A stretch of 63,887 bases of DNA, counting the filler, from Chiloscyllium plagiosum (lineage: Eukaryota), in NCBI RefSeq assembly GCF_004010195.1. It is 3 parts of one record of this genome, joined end to end, with 100 filler letters (N's around TTAATTAATTAA, not from the genome) between each part and the next. Parts side by side here need not be neighbours in the genome. Positions count along the whole stretch, not along the records: positions 24,640 to 40,832 come from NC_057714.1; positions 40,933 to 63,887 come from NC_057714.1; 1 more part is not named here. One strand, 5' to 3'. Shown piece after piece: positions 39,183 through 52,179 of this stretch. The first letter of the stretch is position 1. Each line of letters begins with the position of its first letter. The notes below the pieces were generated by a model. The model ran no database searches and was not told the DNA's origin. It saw only the letters and a program-made list of their open reading frames with translations. The translations under genes and the position numbers were made by a program.

Positions 39183-39720
39183 GTAATCATTTCTGTTCCT
39201 GTGCTCTTTCTCGTCAGTGCTTTCTCCCTGCCGTGACTTTCTCTGCTGTTAAACACCACTGCTCCCCCAACTGAGCAGAATGGGAAGGTGTGAAGGAACA
39301 GTCAGGCAGTCAGATGGTATGGGGGACAGAGGGAAGACTGTGGAAGTGAACAGTTAGGATGATAACAGATGCAGAATGGAGGCTTAAAGAGGGTAGGCAG
39401 GTGAGTTAGAGAAGGAGACATTAGGTGAAGGTAGAGGGAAATCAGCAGGGTGGAAAGAGGAGATATCATAGGGTAAATGGGACAGCTCAGAGTTTAGCGA
39501 GAGTCTCCAGAGAATGTACACGGCTGTATTGTTCAGGGTTTACAGAGAGTGTACAGGGCTGTATTGTTCAATGGGACAGCTCAGAGTTTAGCGAGAGTCT
39601 CCAGAGAATGTACACGGCTGTATTGTTCAGGGTTTACAGAGAGTGTACAGGGCTGTATTGTTCCGGGTTTACAGAGAGTGTACAGGGCTGTATTGTTCCG
39701 GGTTTACAGGGAGTGTACAC

Positions 39721-39932
39721 ACAGTCAGCCCTGCCTCAGCTGAGGGCCACACTCTCTCAGAATTGCAAAGGACCCACTCTGTACTACAACCTCAGGAGAA
39801 TTCATACTCTCAACAAACAGTATTTCAATTCCATCTCAAACATCAAAAACTGTAAGTACAACAAACTTTTATCCACCCACCTCCATAACCAGCGCTCTTC
39901 GAACATTCCAAAAGATTCCCCTGGCCTCAGAA
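39721..39932 (+). mobile_element. PLE ORF N-terminal fragment
   Basis: QSALPQLRATLSQNCKGPTLYYNLRRIHTLNKQYFNSISNIKNCKY is homologous to 63400-63540 (FIHRRIYILNKHFFLAISEIKDSKY). PLE assignment is from recall. Confidence 0.55.
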
Positions 39933-39936
39933 TCTA

Positions 39937-40832
39937 TATATATTTTATTAAACAAATTACAAACAAACAGTTTCCAAAAAGCATTTACAGCTGTACATAA
40001 GAGACAGCAATGTTACAAGGGAGAGGAGCAGCAAAGCTAGGCCCCAAACCCTACCATTCAACCATTTTACAGGGAGATGAGGACAAACCTCAAATCCCAG
40101 TTCCACTTATGGCAAGACAGTGACAATGACATTTGTACATTAGACAATACCGTTACATACAAAAGTGCAGACAATACAGACCCAGCAAGCCCCCACCCCT
40201 CCCACCTTCCGAGCTTCTAGTTATATATTTTTTTTTTCCTGTTTATATTTATATTTTATTAAACAAATTACAAACAAACAGTTTACAAAAAACATTTACA
40301 GCTTACATAAGAGACAGCAATGTTACAAGGGAGAGGAGCAGCAAAGCTAGGCCCCAAACCCTACCATTCAACCATTTTACAGGGAGATGAGGACAAACCT
40401 CAAATCCCAGTTCCACATATGACAAGACAGTGACAATGACATTTGTACATTAGACAATACCGTTACATACAAAAGTGCAGACAATACAGACCCAGCAAGC
40501 CCCCACCCCTCCCACCTTCCGAGCTTCTAGTTATATATTTTTTTTTTCCTGTTTATATTTATATTTTATTAAACAAATTACAAACAAACAGTTTACAAAA
40601 AACATTTACAGCTTACATAAGAGACAGCAATGTTACAAGGGAGAGGAGCAGCAAAGCTAGGCCCCAAACCCTACCATTCAACCATTTTACAGGGAGATGA
40701 GGACAAACCTCAAATCCCAGTTCCACATATGACAAGACAGTGACAATGACATTTGTACATTAGACAATACCGTTACATACAAAAGTGCAGACAATACAGA
40801 CCCAGCAAGCCCCCACCCCTCCCACCTTCCGA
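39937..40832. repeat. About 310-bp tandem triplication
   Basis: Identical ORFs at 40133 and 40443 give a period of 310; third copy is truncated by the spacer gap. Confidence 0.9.
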
Positions 40833-40932
40833 NNNNNNNNNNNNNNNNNNNNNNNNNNNNNNNNNNNNNNNNNNNNTTAATTAATTAANNNNNNNNNNNN
40901 NNNNNNNNNNNNNNNNNNNNNNNNNNNNNNNN
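40833..40932. other. Artificial scaffold spacer (44 N + TTAATTAATTAA + 44 N)
   Basis: Same construct as 24540-24639. Confidence 0.95.
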
Positions 40933-43900
40933 GGGCTGTATTGTTCAGGGTTTACAGGGAGTGTACAGGGCTGTATTGTTCAGGGATTACAGAGTGTACA
41001 GGGCTGTATTGTTCAGGGATTACAGAGTGTACAGGACTGGATTGTTCAGGGATTACAGTGAGTGTACAGGGCTGTGGTATTCAGGGTTGACAGAGAGTGT
41101 ACAGGCCTGTATTGGATGAGAGTGGTGCTGAAAAAGCACAGCAGTTCGGGCAGCATCCAAGGTACAGGAAAATCGACGTTTCGGAAAAAGTCCAACATCA
41201 GAAATAGAGGCAGAGTGCCTGCAGGGCTGTATTGTTCAGGATTTCCAGAGAGTGTGCAGGGCTGTATTGTTCAGGATTTACAAAGGGTGTACAGGGCTGT
41301 ATTGTTCAGCGTTTTCAGAGAGTGTACAGGGCTGTATTGTTCAGAGTTTACAGAGAGTGCATACGGCTGTATTGTTCAGGGTTTACAGAGAGTGTACAGG
41401 GCTGTATTGTTCAGCGTTTTCAGATTGTGTACAGGGCTGTATTGTTCAGCGTTTTCAGAGTGTGTACAGGGCTGTATTGTTCACGGTTTACAGAGAGTAC
41501 ATGGCTGTATTGATCAGAATTTACAGAGAGTGTACAGGGCTGTATTGTTCAGGGTTTACAGAGAGTGTACAGGGCTGTATTGATCAGAATTTACAGAGAG
41601 TGTACAGGGCTGTAGTGTTCAGATTTTACTGTGAGTGTAACGGGCTGTATTGTTCAGGGTTTACAGAGAGTATACAGGGCTGTATTGTTCAGGGTTTACA
41701 GAGTGTGCAGGGCTGTGATGTTCAGGGTTTACAGAGAGTGTGCAGGGCTGTGATGTTCAGGGTTTACAGAGAGTGTACAGAGCTGTATTGTTCAGGGTTT
41801 ACAGAGAGTGTACAGGGCTGTATTGATCACGGTTTACAGAGAGTGTGCAGGGCTGTATTGATCAGAATTTACAGAGAGTGTACAGGGTTATATTGTTCAG
41901 GGTTTTCAGCAAGTGCACAGGGCTGTATTGTTCAGGGTTTACAGAGAGTGTACAGGGCTGTACTGTTCAGATTTTACTGTGAGTATAACAGGCTGTATTG
42001 TTGAGGGGTTTCAGGGAGTGTACAGGCCTGTATTGTTCAGGGTTTACAGAGAGTGTACAGAGCTGTATTGTTCAGGGATTACAGAGTCTACAGGGCTGTA
42101 TTGTTCAGGGATTACAGTGAGCGTACAGGGCTGTGGTATTCAGGGTTGACAGAGAGTGTACAGGCCTGTATTGGATGAGGGTGGTGCTGAAAAAGCACAG
42201 CAGTTCAGGCAGCATCCGAGGTACAGGAAAATCGACGTTTCGGAAAAAGTCCAACATCAGAAATAGAGGCAGAGTGTACAGGACTGTATTGTTCTTGGTT
42301 TACAGTGTGGGTACAGGGCTGTATTGTTCAGTGTTTACAGAGTGTACAGGGTGTATTGTTCAGGGTTTCCTGAGTGTGCAGGGCTGTATTGCTCAGGGAT
42401 TTCAGAGAGTGTACAGGGCTTAATTGTTCAGGGTTTACAGAGAGTGTACAGGGCTGTATTGTTCAGGGTTTACAGAGACTGTACAGCGTTGTATTGTTCA
42501 GGGTTTATAGCAAGTGCACAGGGCTGTATTGTTCAAGGATTACAGAGTGTACAGGGCTGTATTGTTCAGGGTTTACAGAGAGTGTACAGGGCTGTATTGT
42601 TCAGGGTTTACAGAGAGTGTGCAGGGCTGTATTGTTCACGGTTTACAGAGAGTGTGCAGGGCTGTATTGTTCAGGGTTTACAGAATGTGTACAGGCCTGT
42701 ATTGTTCAGGGTTTACAGAGTTTACAGGGCTGTATTTTTCATGGTTTAGAGAGAGTGTGCAGGGCTGTATTTTTCATGGTTTAGAGAGAGTGTGCAGGGC
42801 TGTATTGTTCTGGGTATACAGAATGTGTACAGGCCTGTAATGTTCAGGGTTTTCAGAGAGTGTACAGTGCTGTATTCAGTGCTGACAGAGAGTGTACAGG
42901 GCTGCATTGTTCAGGGTTTTCAGAGAGTGTACAGGACTGTATTGTACTGGGTTTGCATAGAGTGTGCAGGGCTGTATTGTTCCTGGTTCACAGACAGTGT
43001 ACAGGGCTATATTTTTGAGGGTTTACAGACAGTGTACAGGGCTGATTTTTTTCAGGGTTGACAGGGAGCGTACACGGCTATAGTGTTCAGGCTTTACAGA
43101 GAGTGTACAGGGCTGTATTGTTCACTGTTTACAGCGTGCACAGGGCTGTATTGTTCACTGTTTACAGAGAGTGTACACGGCTGTATTGTTCAGGGTTTAC
43201 AGAGAGTGTACAGGGCACTATTATTCAGGGCTTTCCAAGAGCGTACAGGAGTGTATTGTTCAGGGTTTACAGAGAGTGTACAGGACTGTATTGTTCAGGG
43301 TTTAGAGAGAGAGTGCAGGGCTGTATTTTTCATGGTTTAGAGAGAGTGTGCAGGGCTGTATTGTTCTGGGTATACAGAATGTGTACAGGCCTGTATTGTT
43401 CAGGGTTTACAGAGAGTGTACAGTGCTGTATTCAGTGCTGACAGAGAGTGTACAGGGCTGCATTGTTCAGGGTTTTCAGAGAGTGTACAGTGCTGTATTC
43501 AGTGCTGACAGAGAGTGTACAGGGCAGTATTGTTCACGGTTTACAGAGTGTGTACATGGCAGTATTGATCAGAGTTTACAGAGAGTGTACAGCGTTGTAT
43601 TGTTCAGGGTTTATAGCAAGTGCACAGGGCTGTATTGTTCGGGGTTTACAGAGAGTGTACAGGGCTGTATTTTTCATGGTTTAGAGAGTGTGTGCAGGGC
43701 TGTATTGTTCTGGGTATACAGAATGTGTACAGGCCTGTATTGTTCAGGGTTTACAGAGAGTGTACAGTGCTGTATTCAGTGCTGACAGAGTGTACAGGGC
43801 TGCATTGTTCAGGGTTTTCAGAGAGTGTACAGGGCTGTATTGTACTGGGTTTGCATAGAGTGTGCAGGGCTGTATTGTTCTTGGTTCACAGACAGTGTAC

Positions 43901-46900
43901 AGGGCTGTTTATTTTCAGGGTTGACAGGGAGCGTACACAGCTATAGTGTTCAGGCTTTACAGAGAGTGTACAGGGCTGTATTGTGCAGTGTTTACAAAGA
44001 GTGTATAGGGCTGTATTGCTCAGGCCTTTCAGAGAGTGTATAGCGCTGTATTGCTCAGGGTTTTCATAGAGTGTGTAGGGTTGTATTGTTCAGGGTTTGC
44101 AGAGAGTGTACAGGGCTGTATTGTTCCAGATTTTTCAGGGATTGTTCAGGGCTGTATTGTTCAGGGTTTACAGAGAGTGTACAGATCTGTATTGTTCAGG
44201 GTTTACAGAGAGTGTGCAAGGTTGTATTGTTCAGGGTTTACAGAGAATGTACAGGGCTGTATTGTTTAGGATTTACAGAGAGTGTACAGGACTGTATTGT
44301 TCAGGGTTGAGAGAGAGTGTAAAGGGCGGTATTGTTCAGGGTTTACAGAGAGTGTACAGGGATGTACTGTTCAGCGTTTTCAGAGTATATACAGGGCAGT
44401 ATTGTTCATGGATTACAGAGAGTGTACGTGGCTGTATTGATCAGAGTTTACAGAGAGTGTACAGGGCTGTATTTTTCAGGGTGAAAGTGAGGTCTGCAGA
44501 TGCTGGAGATCAAAGTTGAAACTTTATTGCTGGAACAGCACAGCAGGTCAGGCAGCNNNNNNNNNNNNNNNNNNNNNNNNNNNNNNNNNNNNNNNNNNNN
44601 NNNNNNNNNNNNNNNNNNNNNNNNNNNNNNNNNNNNNNNNNNNNNNNNNNNNNNNNNNNNNNNNNNNNNNNNNNNNNNNNNNNNNNNNNNNNNNNNNNNN
44701 NNNNNNNNNNNNNNNNNNNNNNNNNNNNNNNNNNNNNNNNNNNNNNNNNNNNNNNNNNNNNNNNNNNNNNNNNNNNNNNNNNNNNNNNNNNNNNNNNNNN
44801 NNNNNNNNNNNNNNNNNNNNNNNNNNNNNNNNNNNNNNNNNNNNNNNNNNNNNNNNNNNNNNNNNNNNNNNNNNNNNNNNNNNNNNNNNNNNNNNNNNNN
44901 NNNNNNNNNNNNNNNNNNNNNNNNNNNNNNNNNNNNNNNNNNTCCTCCATGTCCCTCCTCCCTACCTTTTATCTTCTCCTGCTGAACACTCTCTGCTCAT
45001 TCCTGAAGAAGGGCCTGTGCCCGAAACGTCGAATCTCCTGTTCCCTGGATGCTGCCTGACCTGCTGTGCTGTTCCAGCAATAAAGTTTCAACTCTGTATT
45101 TTTCAGGGTTCACAGAGTGTACAGAGCTGTATTGTTGAGTGTTTGCAGACAGTGTGCAGGGCTGTTTGTTCAGGTATTAAAGAGAGTCCACAGGGCTGTA
45201 TTGTTCAGGTTATACAGACATTGTACAGGGCTGTATTGTTCACGGTTTACAGAGAGTGTACAAAGCTGTATTGTTCAGGGTTTATAGAGGGTGTGCAGGT
45301 CTGTATTCAGTGTTTACAGAGAGTGCGCAGGGCAGTATTGCTCAGGGCTTTCAGAGAGTGTACAGGGCTGTATTGTTCAGGGCTTACAGAGAGTGTACAG
45401 GGCTGTATTGTTCAGGGTTTACACAGAATGTACAGGGCTGTATTGTTCAGGGTTTACAGAGAGTGTACAGGGCAGTATTGTTCACGGTTTACAGAGAGTG
45501 TACGTGGCTGTATTGTTCAGGGTTTACAGAGACTGAACAGCGTTGTATTGTTCAGGGTTTACAGCAAGTGCACAGGGCTGTATTGTTCAGGGTTTACAGA
45601 GAGTGTACAGGGCTGTACTGTTCAGATTTTACTGTGAGTGTAACGGGCTGTATTGTTGAGGGGTTTCAGAGAGTGTACAGGCCTGTATTTTTCAGGGTTC
45701 ACAGAGTGTACAGAGCTGTATTGTTGTGTGTTTGCAGACAGTGTGCAGGGCTGTTTGTTCAGGTATTAAAGAGAGTGCACAGGGCAGTATTGTTCAGGGT
45801 TTACAGAGGGTGTACAGGGCTGTATTGTTCAGGGTTTACAGGGACTGTACCGGGCTGAATTGTTCACAGTTTACAGAGTGCATACAGGGCTGTATTGTTC
45901 AGGGTTTACACAGAGTGTACAGGTGTGTATTGTTCAGGGATTGCAGAGTGTACAGGTCTGTGTTGTTCAGGCTTTAGAAAGAGTGTACAGGGTTGTATTG
46001 GTCAGGATTTACAGAGGGTGCACGGCTGTATTGTTCAGGGTCTACAGAGAGTGTGTAGGGCTGTACTGTTCAGGGTTTACAGAGTGTACAGGGCTGTTTT
46101 TTTTCAGGGTTTACGGGGAGCGTACACGGCTATACTGTTCAGGCTTTACAGAGAGTGTACAGGGCTGTATTGTTCAGGTTTACAGAGATTGTATGGGGCT
46201 GTATTGTTCAGTGTTTACAGCAAGTGGACAGGGCTGTACTGTTCAGATTTTACTGTGAGTGTAACGGGCTGTATTGTTCAGGGGTTTTAGAGAGTGTCCA
46301 GGGCTGTATTTGTCAGGGCTCACAGAATGAACAGAGCTGTATTGCTGTGTGTTTGCAGACAGTGTGCAGGGCTGTTTGTTCAGGTATTAAAGTGAGTGCA
46401 CAGGGCAGTATTGTTCAGGGTTTACAGAGTTGACACGGCTGTATTTTTCAGTATTTATAGGGAGTGTACAGGGCTGTATTGTTCAGGATTTATAGGGAGT
46501 GTACAGGGCTGTATTGTTCAGGGTTTACAGAGAGTGTACAGGGCTAAATTGTTCAGGGTTAGCAGAGAGTGTGCAGGGCTGTATTGTTCAGGGTTTACAG
46601 CAAGTGCACATGGCTGTATTGATCAGGGTTTACAGAGAGTGTACAGGGCTGTACTGTTCAGATTTTAGTATGAGTGTAATGGGCTGTATTGTTCATTGGT
46701 TTCAGAGAGTGTACAGGGCTGTATTGTTCCGGGTTTACAGAGAGTATACAGGGCTGTGATGTTCAGGGTTTACAGAGAGTGTACAGGGCTGTGTTGTTCA
46801 GGGTTTACAGAGAGTGTACAGGTCTGTATTGTTCAGGGTTTACAGAGAGTGTACAGGACTGTATTGTTCAGGGTTTACAGAGAGTGTACAGGTGTGTATT

Positions 46901-48100
46901 GTTCAGGGTTTACAGAGAGTGTACAGGGCTGTATTGTTCTGGGTTTACAGAGAGTGTACAGGGCTGTATTGTTCAGGGTTTACAGAGAGTGTACAGGTCT
47001 GTATTGTTCAGGGTTTACAGAGACTGTACAGCGTTGTATTGTTCAGGGATTTCAGAGTATACAGGGCTCTGTTGTTCAGGTTTTACAGAAAGTGGACAGG
47101 AATGTATTGTTCAGGGTTTACAGTGAGTATTTAGTGCTGTATTGTTCAGTGCATTCAGGGATTGTACAGGGCTGTATTGTTCAGGGTTTGCAGAGAGTGT
47201 ACAGGGCTGTATTGTTCAGGGTTTGCAGAGAGTGTACAGGACTCTGTTGTTCAGGGTTTACAGAGAGTGTACAGGCCTGTATTGTTCAGGGATTACAGTG
47301 AGTGTGCAGGGCGGTATTGTTCAGGGTTTGCAGAGAGTGTACTGGGCTGTATTGTTCATTGTTTACTCAAAGTTTACTGGACTGTACTGTTCAGGTTTTA
47401 CTGAGAGTGTACAGGGCTGTAGTGTTGAGGGGTTTCAGAAAGTGTGCAGGGCTGCTTGTTCAGGTATTAAAGAGAGTGCATAGGGGAGTTTTGTTTAGGG
47501 TTTACAGAGAGTGTACAAGGCTGTATTGTTCAGGGCTTTAAGGGAGTGTACAGGGCTGTATTGTTCAGGGTTTACAGAGTGTGTACAGGTCTGTATTGTT
47601 CAGGGTTTACAGAGAGTGTACAGGGCTGTGTTGTTCAGGGTTTACCGAGAGTGTACAGGGCTGTATTGTTCAGGGTTTACAGAGAGTGTACAGGGCTGTA
47701 TTGTTCAGGGTTTACAGAGTGTACTGGGCTGTATTATTAATGGTTTACAGAGAGTGTACAGAGCTGTATTGTTCAGGGTTTACAGAGGGTGTACAGGGCT
47801 GTATTCAGTGTTTACAGAGAGTGTACAGGGCTGTATTGTTCAGGGTTTACAGAGTGTACTGGGCTGTGTTGTTCAGGGTTTACAGAGAGTGTACAGGGCT
47901 GTATTGTTCCGGGTTTACAGAGAGTGTACAGGGCTGTATTATTCCGGGTTTACAGAGAGTGTACAGGGCTGTATTGTTCTGGGTTTACAGAGAGTGTACA
48001 GGGCTGTATTGTTCTGGGTTTACAGAAGTGTGCAGGGCTGTATTGTTCAGGGTTCATAGGGAGTGCACAGAGTTTTATTGTTCAGGGTTTACAGAGAGCG
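40933..48100. repeat. About 35-bp degenerate satellite array (also at 39510-39720)
   Basis: Consensus gagagtgtacagggctgtattgttcagggtttaca; on the order of 170-190 units; interrupted by PLE fragments and a gap. Confidence 0.95.
44467..45109. mobile_element. Fold-back PLE family-1 insertion in the satellite, spanning a gap
   Basis: ctgtatttttcagggt at 44467-44482 and 45094-45109; inverted pLTR arms; intact HHR at 44999-45034. Confidence 0.75.
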
Positions 48101-49279
48101 TACAGTGTTGCATTGCTGTGTCTTCTGGGTGGTCAGTCCTGGAGCTACACAGCATGGAAACAGACTCTTCCTTTTGACTCCTCCATGCTAAGCAGATATC
48201 ATAATTTGATCTCATTCCATTTGCCAGCACCTTGGCCCGAAAGCCCTATAAACATTTCCTTTAATGTACCTATCCAGGTGACTTTTAAGTGAGAGCGTAC
48301 AGTGTTGCATTGCTGTGTCTTCTTGGTGGTCAGTCCTGGAGCTACACAGCATGGAAACAGACTCTTCCTTTTGACTCCTCCATGCTCAGCAGATATCATA
48401 ATTTGATCTCATTCCATTTGCCAGCACCTTGGCCCGAAAGCCCTATAAACGTTTCCTTTAATGTACCTATCCAGGTGACTTTTAAGTGTTGTAATTGTAC
48501 TCGCCTCCACTACCTCTGGCAGCTCATTCCATACTCACACCAACCTCTGTGCGAAAAAGCTTTCACTGAGAAACTTTTTTAATCTGTCCCCACTCACTGT
48601 AAACCCTCTGGTTCAGATTCCCTCACCCAGGGTAAAGACCTTGTCTATTTCCCCTACCCCATGCTGATAATGATATTGGAACATGATCCCATGTATTCAC
48701 TGTGACTTCTTTACTTTCCTCACAGTTCCAATGAGAATTATCAAACACTTGCTGCTTCTCTTTTCCCAGATACCCACAATGTACTTCACCATTTTCCAAG
48801 TCATTGAACTTTCATTGCTGAAATAATTCGTTTATGTACTGTAGTATGTCCATAATATATATGTATATATTATCGCCACCATGTCTGAGGATATATACAT
48901 ATCATCACCATCATATCAATGATCTGTTTGTCACACATTTCCACATTCTTTTTTGTCTTTCATTCATGGGATGAGGGTATCACTGACTGGGTCAGCATTG
49001 ATTGAACATCCCTAATTGCCCAATGAAGAGGTCTGGAGTCACATGTTGGCCAGACCAGGGAAGGACGGCAGTTCCCTTTCCTCCAGAACATTAGTCACCC
49101 TGATGGGTTTTTCCTCAACAATTGATTTATGATTTTTATTGAATTCAAATTCCACCACCTGCCATGGCAGGATTCAAGCCCGGATCCCAAGAACATTAGT
49201 TGGTGATAATATCAGAGGCCATTGCCTCCCCTGAATTATTCTGATCTCTCTATCTTTTCTGAGCTGGTCATGAACCATG

Positions 49280-50190
49280 TTGTTGGCAGGTCATGGTGCA
49301 GCTGTACAGGACATTGGTTTGGTCACCTTTGGAATATTGCGTACAATTGTGGACGGCACAGTGGCACAGCAGTTAGCACTGCTGCCTCACAGCGCCAGAG
49401 ACCTGGGTTCAATTCCCGCCTCAGGCGACTGACTGTGTGGAGTTTGCACGTTCTCCCCGTGTCTGCGTGGGTTTCCTCCGGGTGCTCCGGTTTCCTCCCA
49501 CAGTCCAAAGATGTGCAGGTTAGGTGAATTGGCCATGCTAAATTGCCCGTAGTGTTAGGTGAAGGGGTAAATGTAGGGGATGGGTCTGAGTGGGTTGCTC
49601 TTCGGAGGGTCAGTGTGGACTTGTTGGGCCGAAGGGCCTGTTTCCACAGTAATCTAATCTAATTCTGGTCTCCTTCCTATCAGAAGGATGTTGCGAAACT
49701 TGAAAGATTTCATAAATGATTTACAACGATGTTGCCAAGGTCGGAGGATCTGAGCTATAGGGAGAGGTTGAACAGGCAGGGGCTGTTTTCCCTGGAGTGT
49801 CGGAGGCTGAGGGGTGACCTTATAGAGGTTTATACAATCATGAGGGGCATGGATAGGATAAATAGACAAAATATTTTCCCGGTGGTGGGTTAGTCCATAA
49901 CTAGAGGGCATAGGTTTAGGATGGGAGGGGAAAGATATAAAAGAGACATAAGGGGCAACTTTTTCTCGCAGAGCGTGGTACGTGTATGGAATGAGCTGCC
50001 AGAGGAAGTGGTGGAGGCTGGTACAATTGCAACATTTAAAAGGCATTTGGATGGGTATATGAATAGGAAGGGTTTGGCGGGATATGGACTGGGCGCTGGC
50101 AGGTGGGACTAGATTGGGTTGGGATATCTGGCCGGTATGGACGTGTTGGACCAAAGAGTCTGTTTTTGTGCTGTATATCTCTATAATACT
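49280..50190 (+). mobile_element. CR1 3' portion with nested V-SINE (49351-49660, +)
   Basis: CR1 EYCVQF/WSP motif is split by a full SINE. Confidence 0.87.
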
Positions 50191-51019
50191 ATGATTGTAT
50201 AACTCTGACCTCTCACAATGTCCCAGGATGTTCAGATTCAAAAGATTCCAATCAGAGAGTTCCAAAGTCATGTCACTCTCTGAGAAAAAAAAACAAACCC
50301 TTCCTCATCTCTGTCCTAAAAGGGTGACTCCCTCTTTTAAAAACAGTACTCCCTCATTCTGAACATCCAGCCCACATTTGTTTTGTTCAGACCCTTCTGC
50401 ATCTTATAGACTTCAATCTCTTCACTCTTTGAAATTCCAGTGGAACCAAGCCCACTCCATGCAGCCTTGTCACAGAAAACGATCCACTCATTGTTGGCAT
50501 CTTTCCAGTCAGCATCCTCTGAACTGCCTGTATGAGCATAACCTCCAACCAACGTTTTGGTCAGCATGGACCAGTTTGGGCCAAAAAGCCTGTCTCTGTG
50601 CTCTCGGGCTTTATAGCTCTATCTCCTCAGCTCCATTCAATTCTCCTGGACTCCAACCAGATCACCTCAGATCCATCCAGCTCATCTCTGGACCAGTCAG
50701 ACCATCTCAGATCTGGCCAGATCACCTCGGATCCAACCAGATCACATTTGGGATTCATACAAATCGTCTCAGCTCCGTTCAGATCAGGTTATATGATCTC
50801 GAATCTAGTGAGATCACCTCAGATTTGAATCCAGTTCGAGGATGTGGCAGCATGTTGAAACTGCACACATCAAGGCAAGTGGGGAATGTTCCATCAGACT
50901 CCTGACTTGTGTTTTGGAGATAGTGGAGAGACTTTGGGGAGTCAGGATCACTGTAGAATTCCTTGGCGCTGACTTGCTGTTGCAGACACTGCGTTTCTGG
51001 TCAGTGGTAATTCTCAGGA

Positions 51020-51206
51020 TGTTGATAGTGGGGCCAAAAGAGAAAATGCTGGAAAACCTCAAAGGATCAGTTAGGCTCAAAATGTCAGCACTTTTCTCTT
51101 CTTTACAGATGCTGCCAGACCTGCTGAGATTTTCCAGCATTTTCTCTTTTGGTTTCAGATTCCAGCATCCGCAGTGACTTGCTTTTATCCAGTGTTGATA
51201 GTGGGG
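51020..51206. mobile_element. Fold-back PLE-type terminal insertion (divergent subfamily) with 14-bp TSD
   Basis: tgttgatagtgggg on both sides; ccaaaagagaaaatgctggaaaa mirrored by ttttccagcattttctcttttgg. Confidence 0.7.
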
Positions 51207-51483
51207 GGTTTAGTGATGGCACCATCATTGAAGGCCAATGGTTGGTGGTTAGATTGCCCCTTGTTGGTCACAGTCATAGCCTGTCATTTGTGTGGTGCAA
51301 ATGTTCCTTGCCACTTACCAATTACCTAAAGGTGGATGTTGTCCAGATCTTGTTACATTTGAACATGGACTGCTTCAGGAGTCGCGAATGGTGCTGAACA
51401 TTGTGTATTCATCAGGGAATCTATCCACTTCTGACTTTATGGTGGAGGGATGGTCATTGATGAAGCAGCTGAAGATGCTTGGG

Positions 51484-52165
51484 GGCGACATGGTGGCTCA
51501 GTGGTTAGCACTGCTGCCTCACAGTGCCAGGGACCAGGTTCGATTCCAGCAGCGGGCGACTGTCTGTGTGGGGTTTGCACATTCTCCCCGTATCTGCATG
51601 GGTTTCCTCTGGGTGCTCCGGTTTCCTCTCACAGTCCAAAGATGAACAGGTCGGTTGAATTGGTTATACTAAGTCACCCATAGTATTCAGGTATTTACAG
51701 ATTTACAGATTACTTACAGATTTACAGATTACTTACAGTGTGGAAACAGGCCCTTCGGCCCAACAAGTCCACACCGACCCGCCGAAGCGCACCCACCCAT
51801 ATACCCATTCCCCTACATTTACCCCTTACCTAACACTACGGGCAATTTAGCATGGCCAATTCACCTAACCTGCACATTTTTGGACTGTGGGAGGAAACCG
51901 GAGCACCCGAAGGAAACCCACGCAGACAAGAGGAGAACGTGTAAACTCCACACAGAGAGTCGCCTGAGGTGGGAATTGAACCCAGGTCTCTGGCGCTGTG
52001 AGGCAGCAGTGCTAACCACTGTGCCACCGTGCCGCCCACTAAGGTGGAGGTTAGGTGCATTAATCAGGGGTAAATATAGGTTAGGGGGAATGGGTCTGTG
52101 TGGGTTACTCTTCAGAGGGTCAGTGTGGACTTGTTGGGCTGAAAGGCCTGTTTCCACACTGTAGA
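51484..52165. mobile_element. Plus-strand V-SINE interrupted by a minus-strand V-SINE (about 51695-52036)
   Basis: SINE head and core at 51484-51690, inverted full SINE, then the remaining 3' part at 52045-52165. Confidence 0.8.
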
Positions 52166-52179
52166 GAATTATTGGTTGG

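Noticed and set aside
41062..48292. Many Cys-rich ORFs (YRECTGLYCSGFTESVQGCIVQG)
   Set aside because: Translations of the 35-bp satellite in shifting frames.
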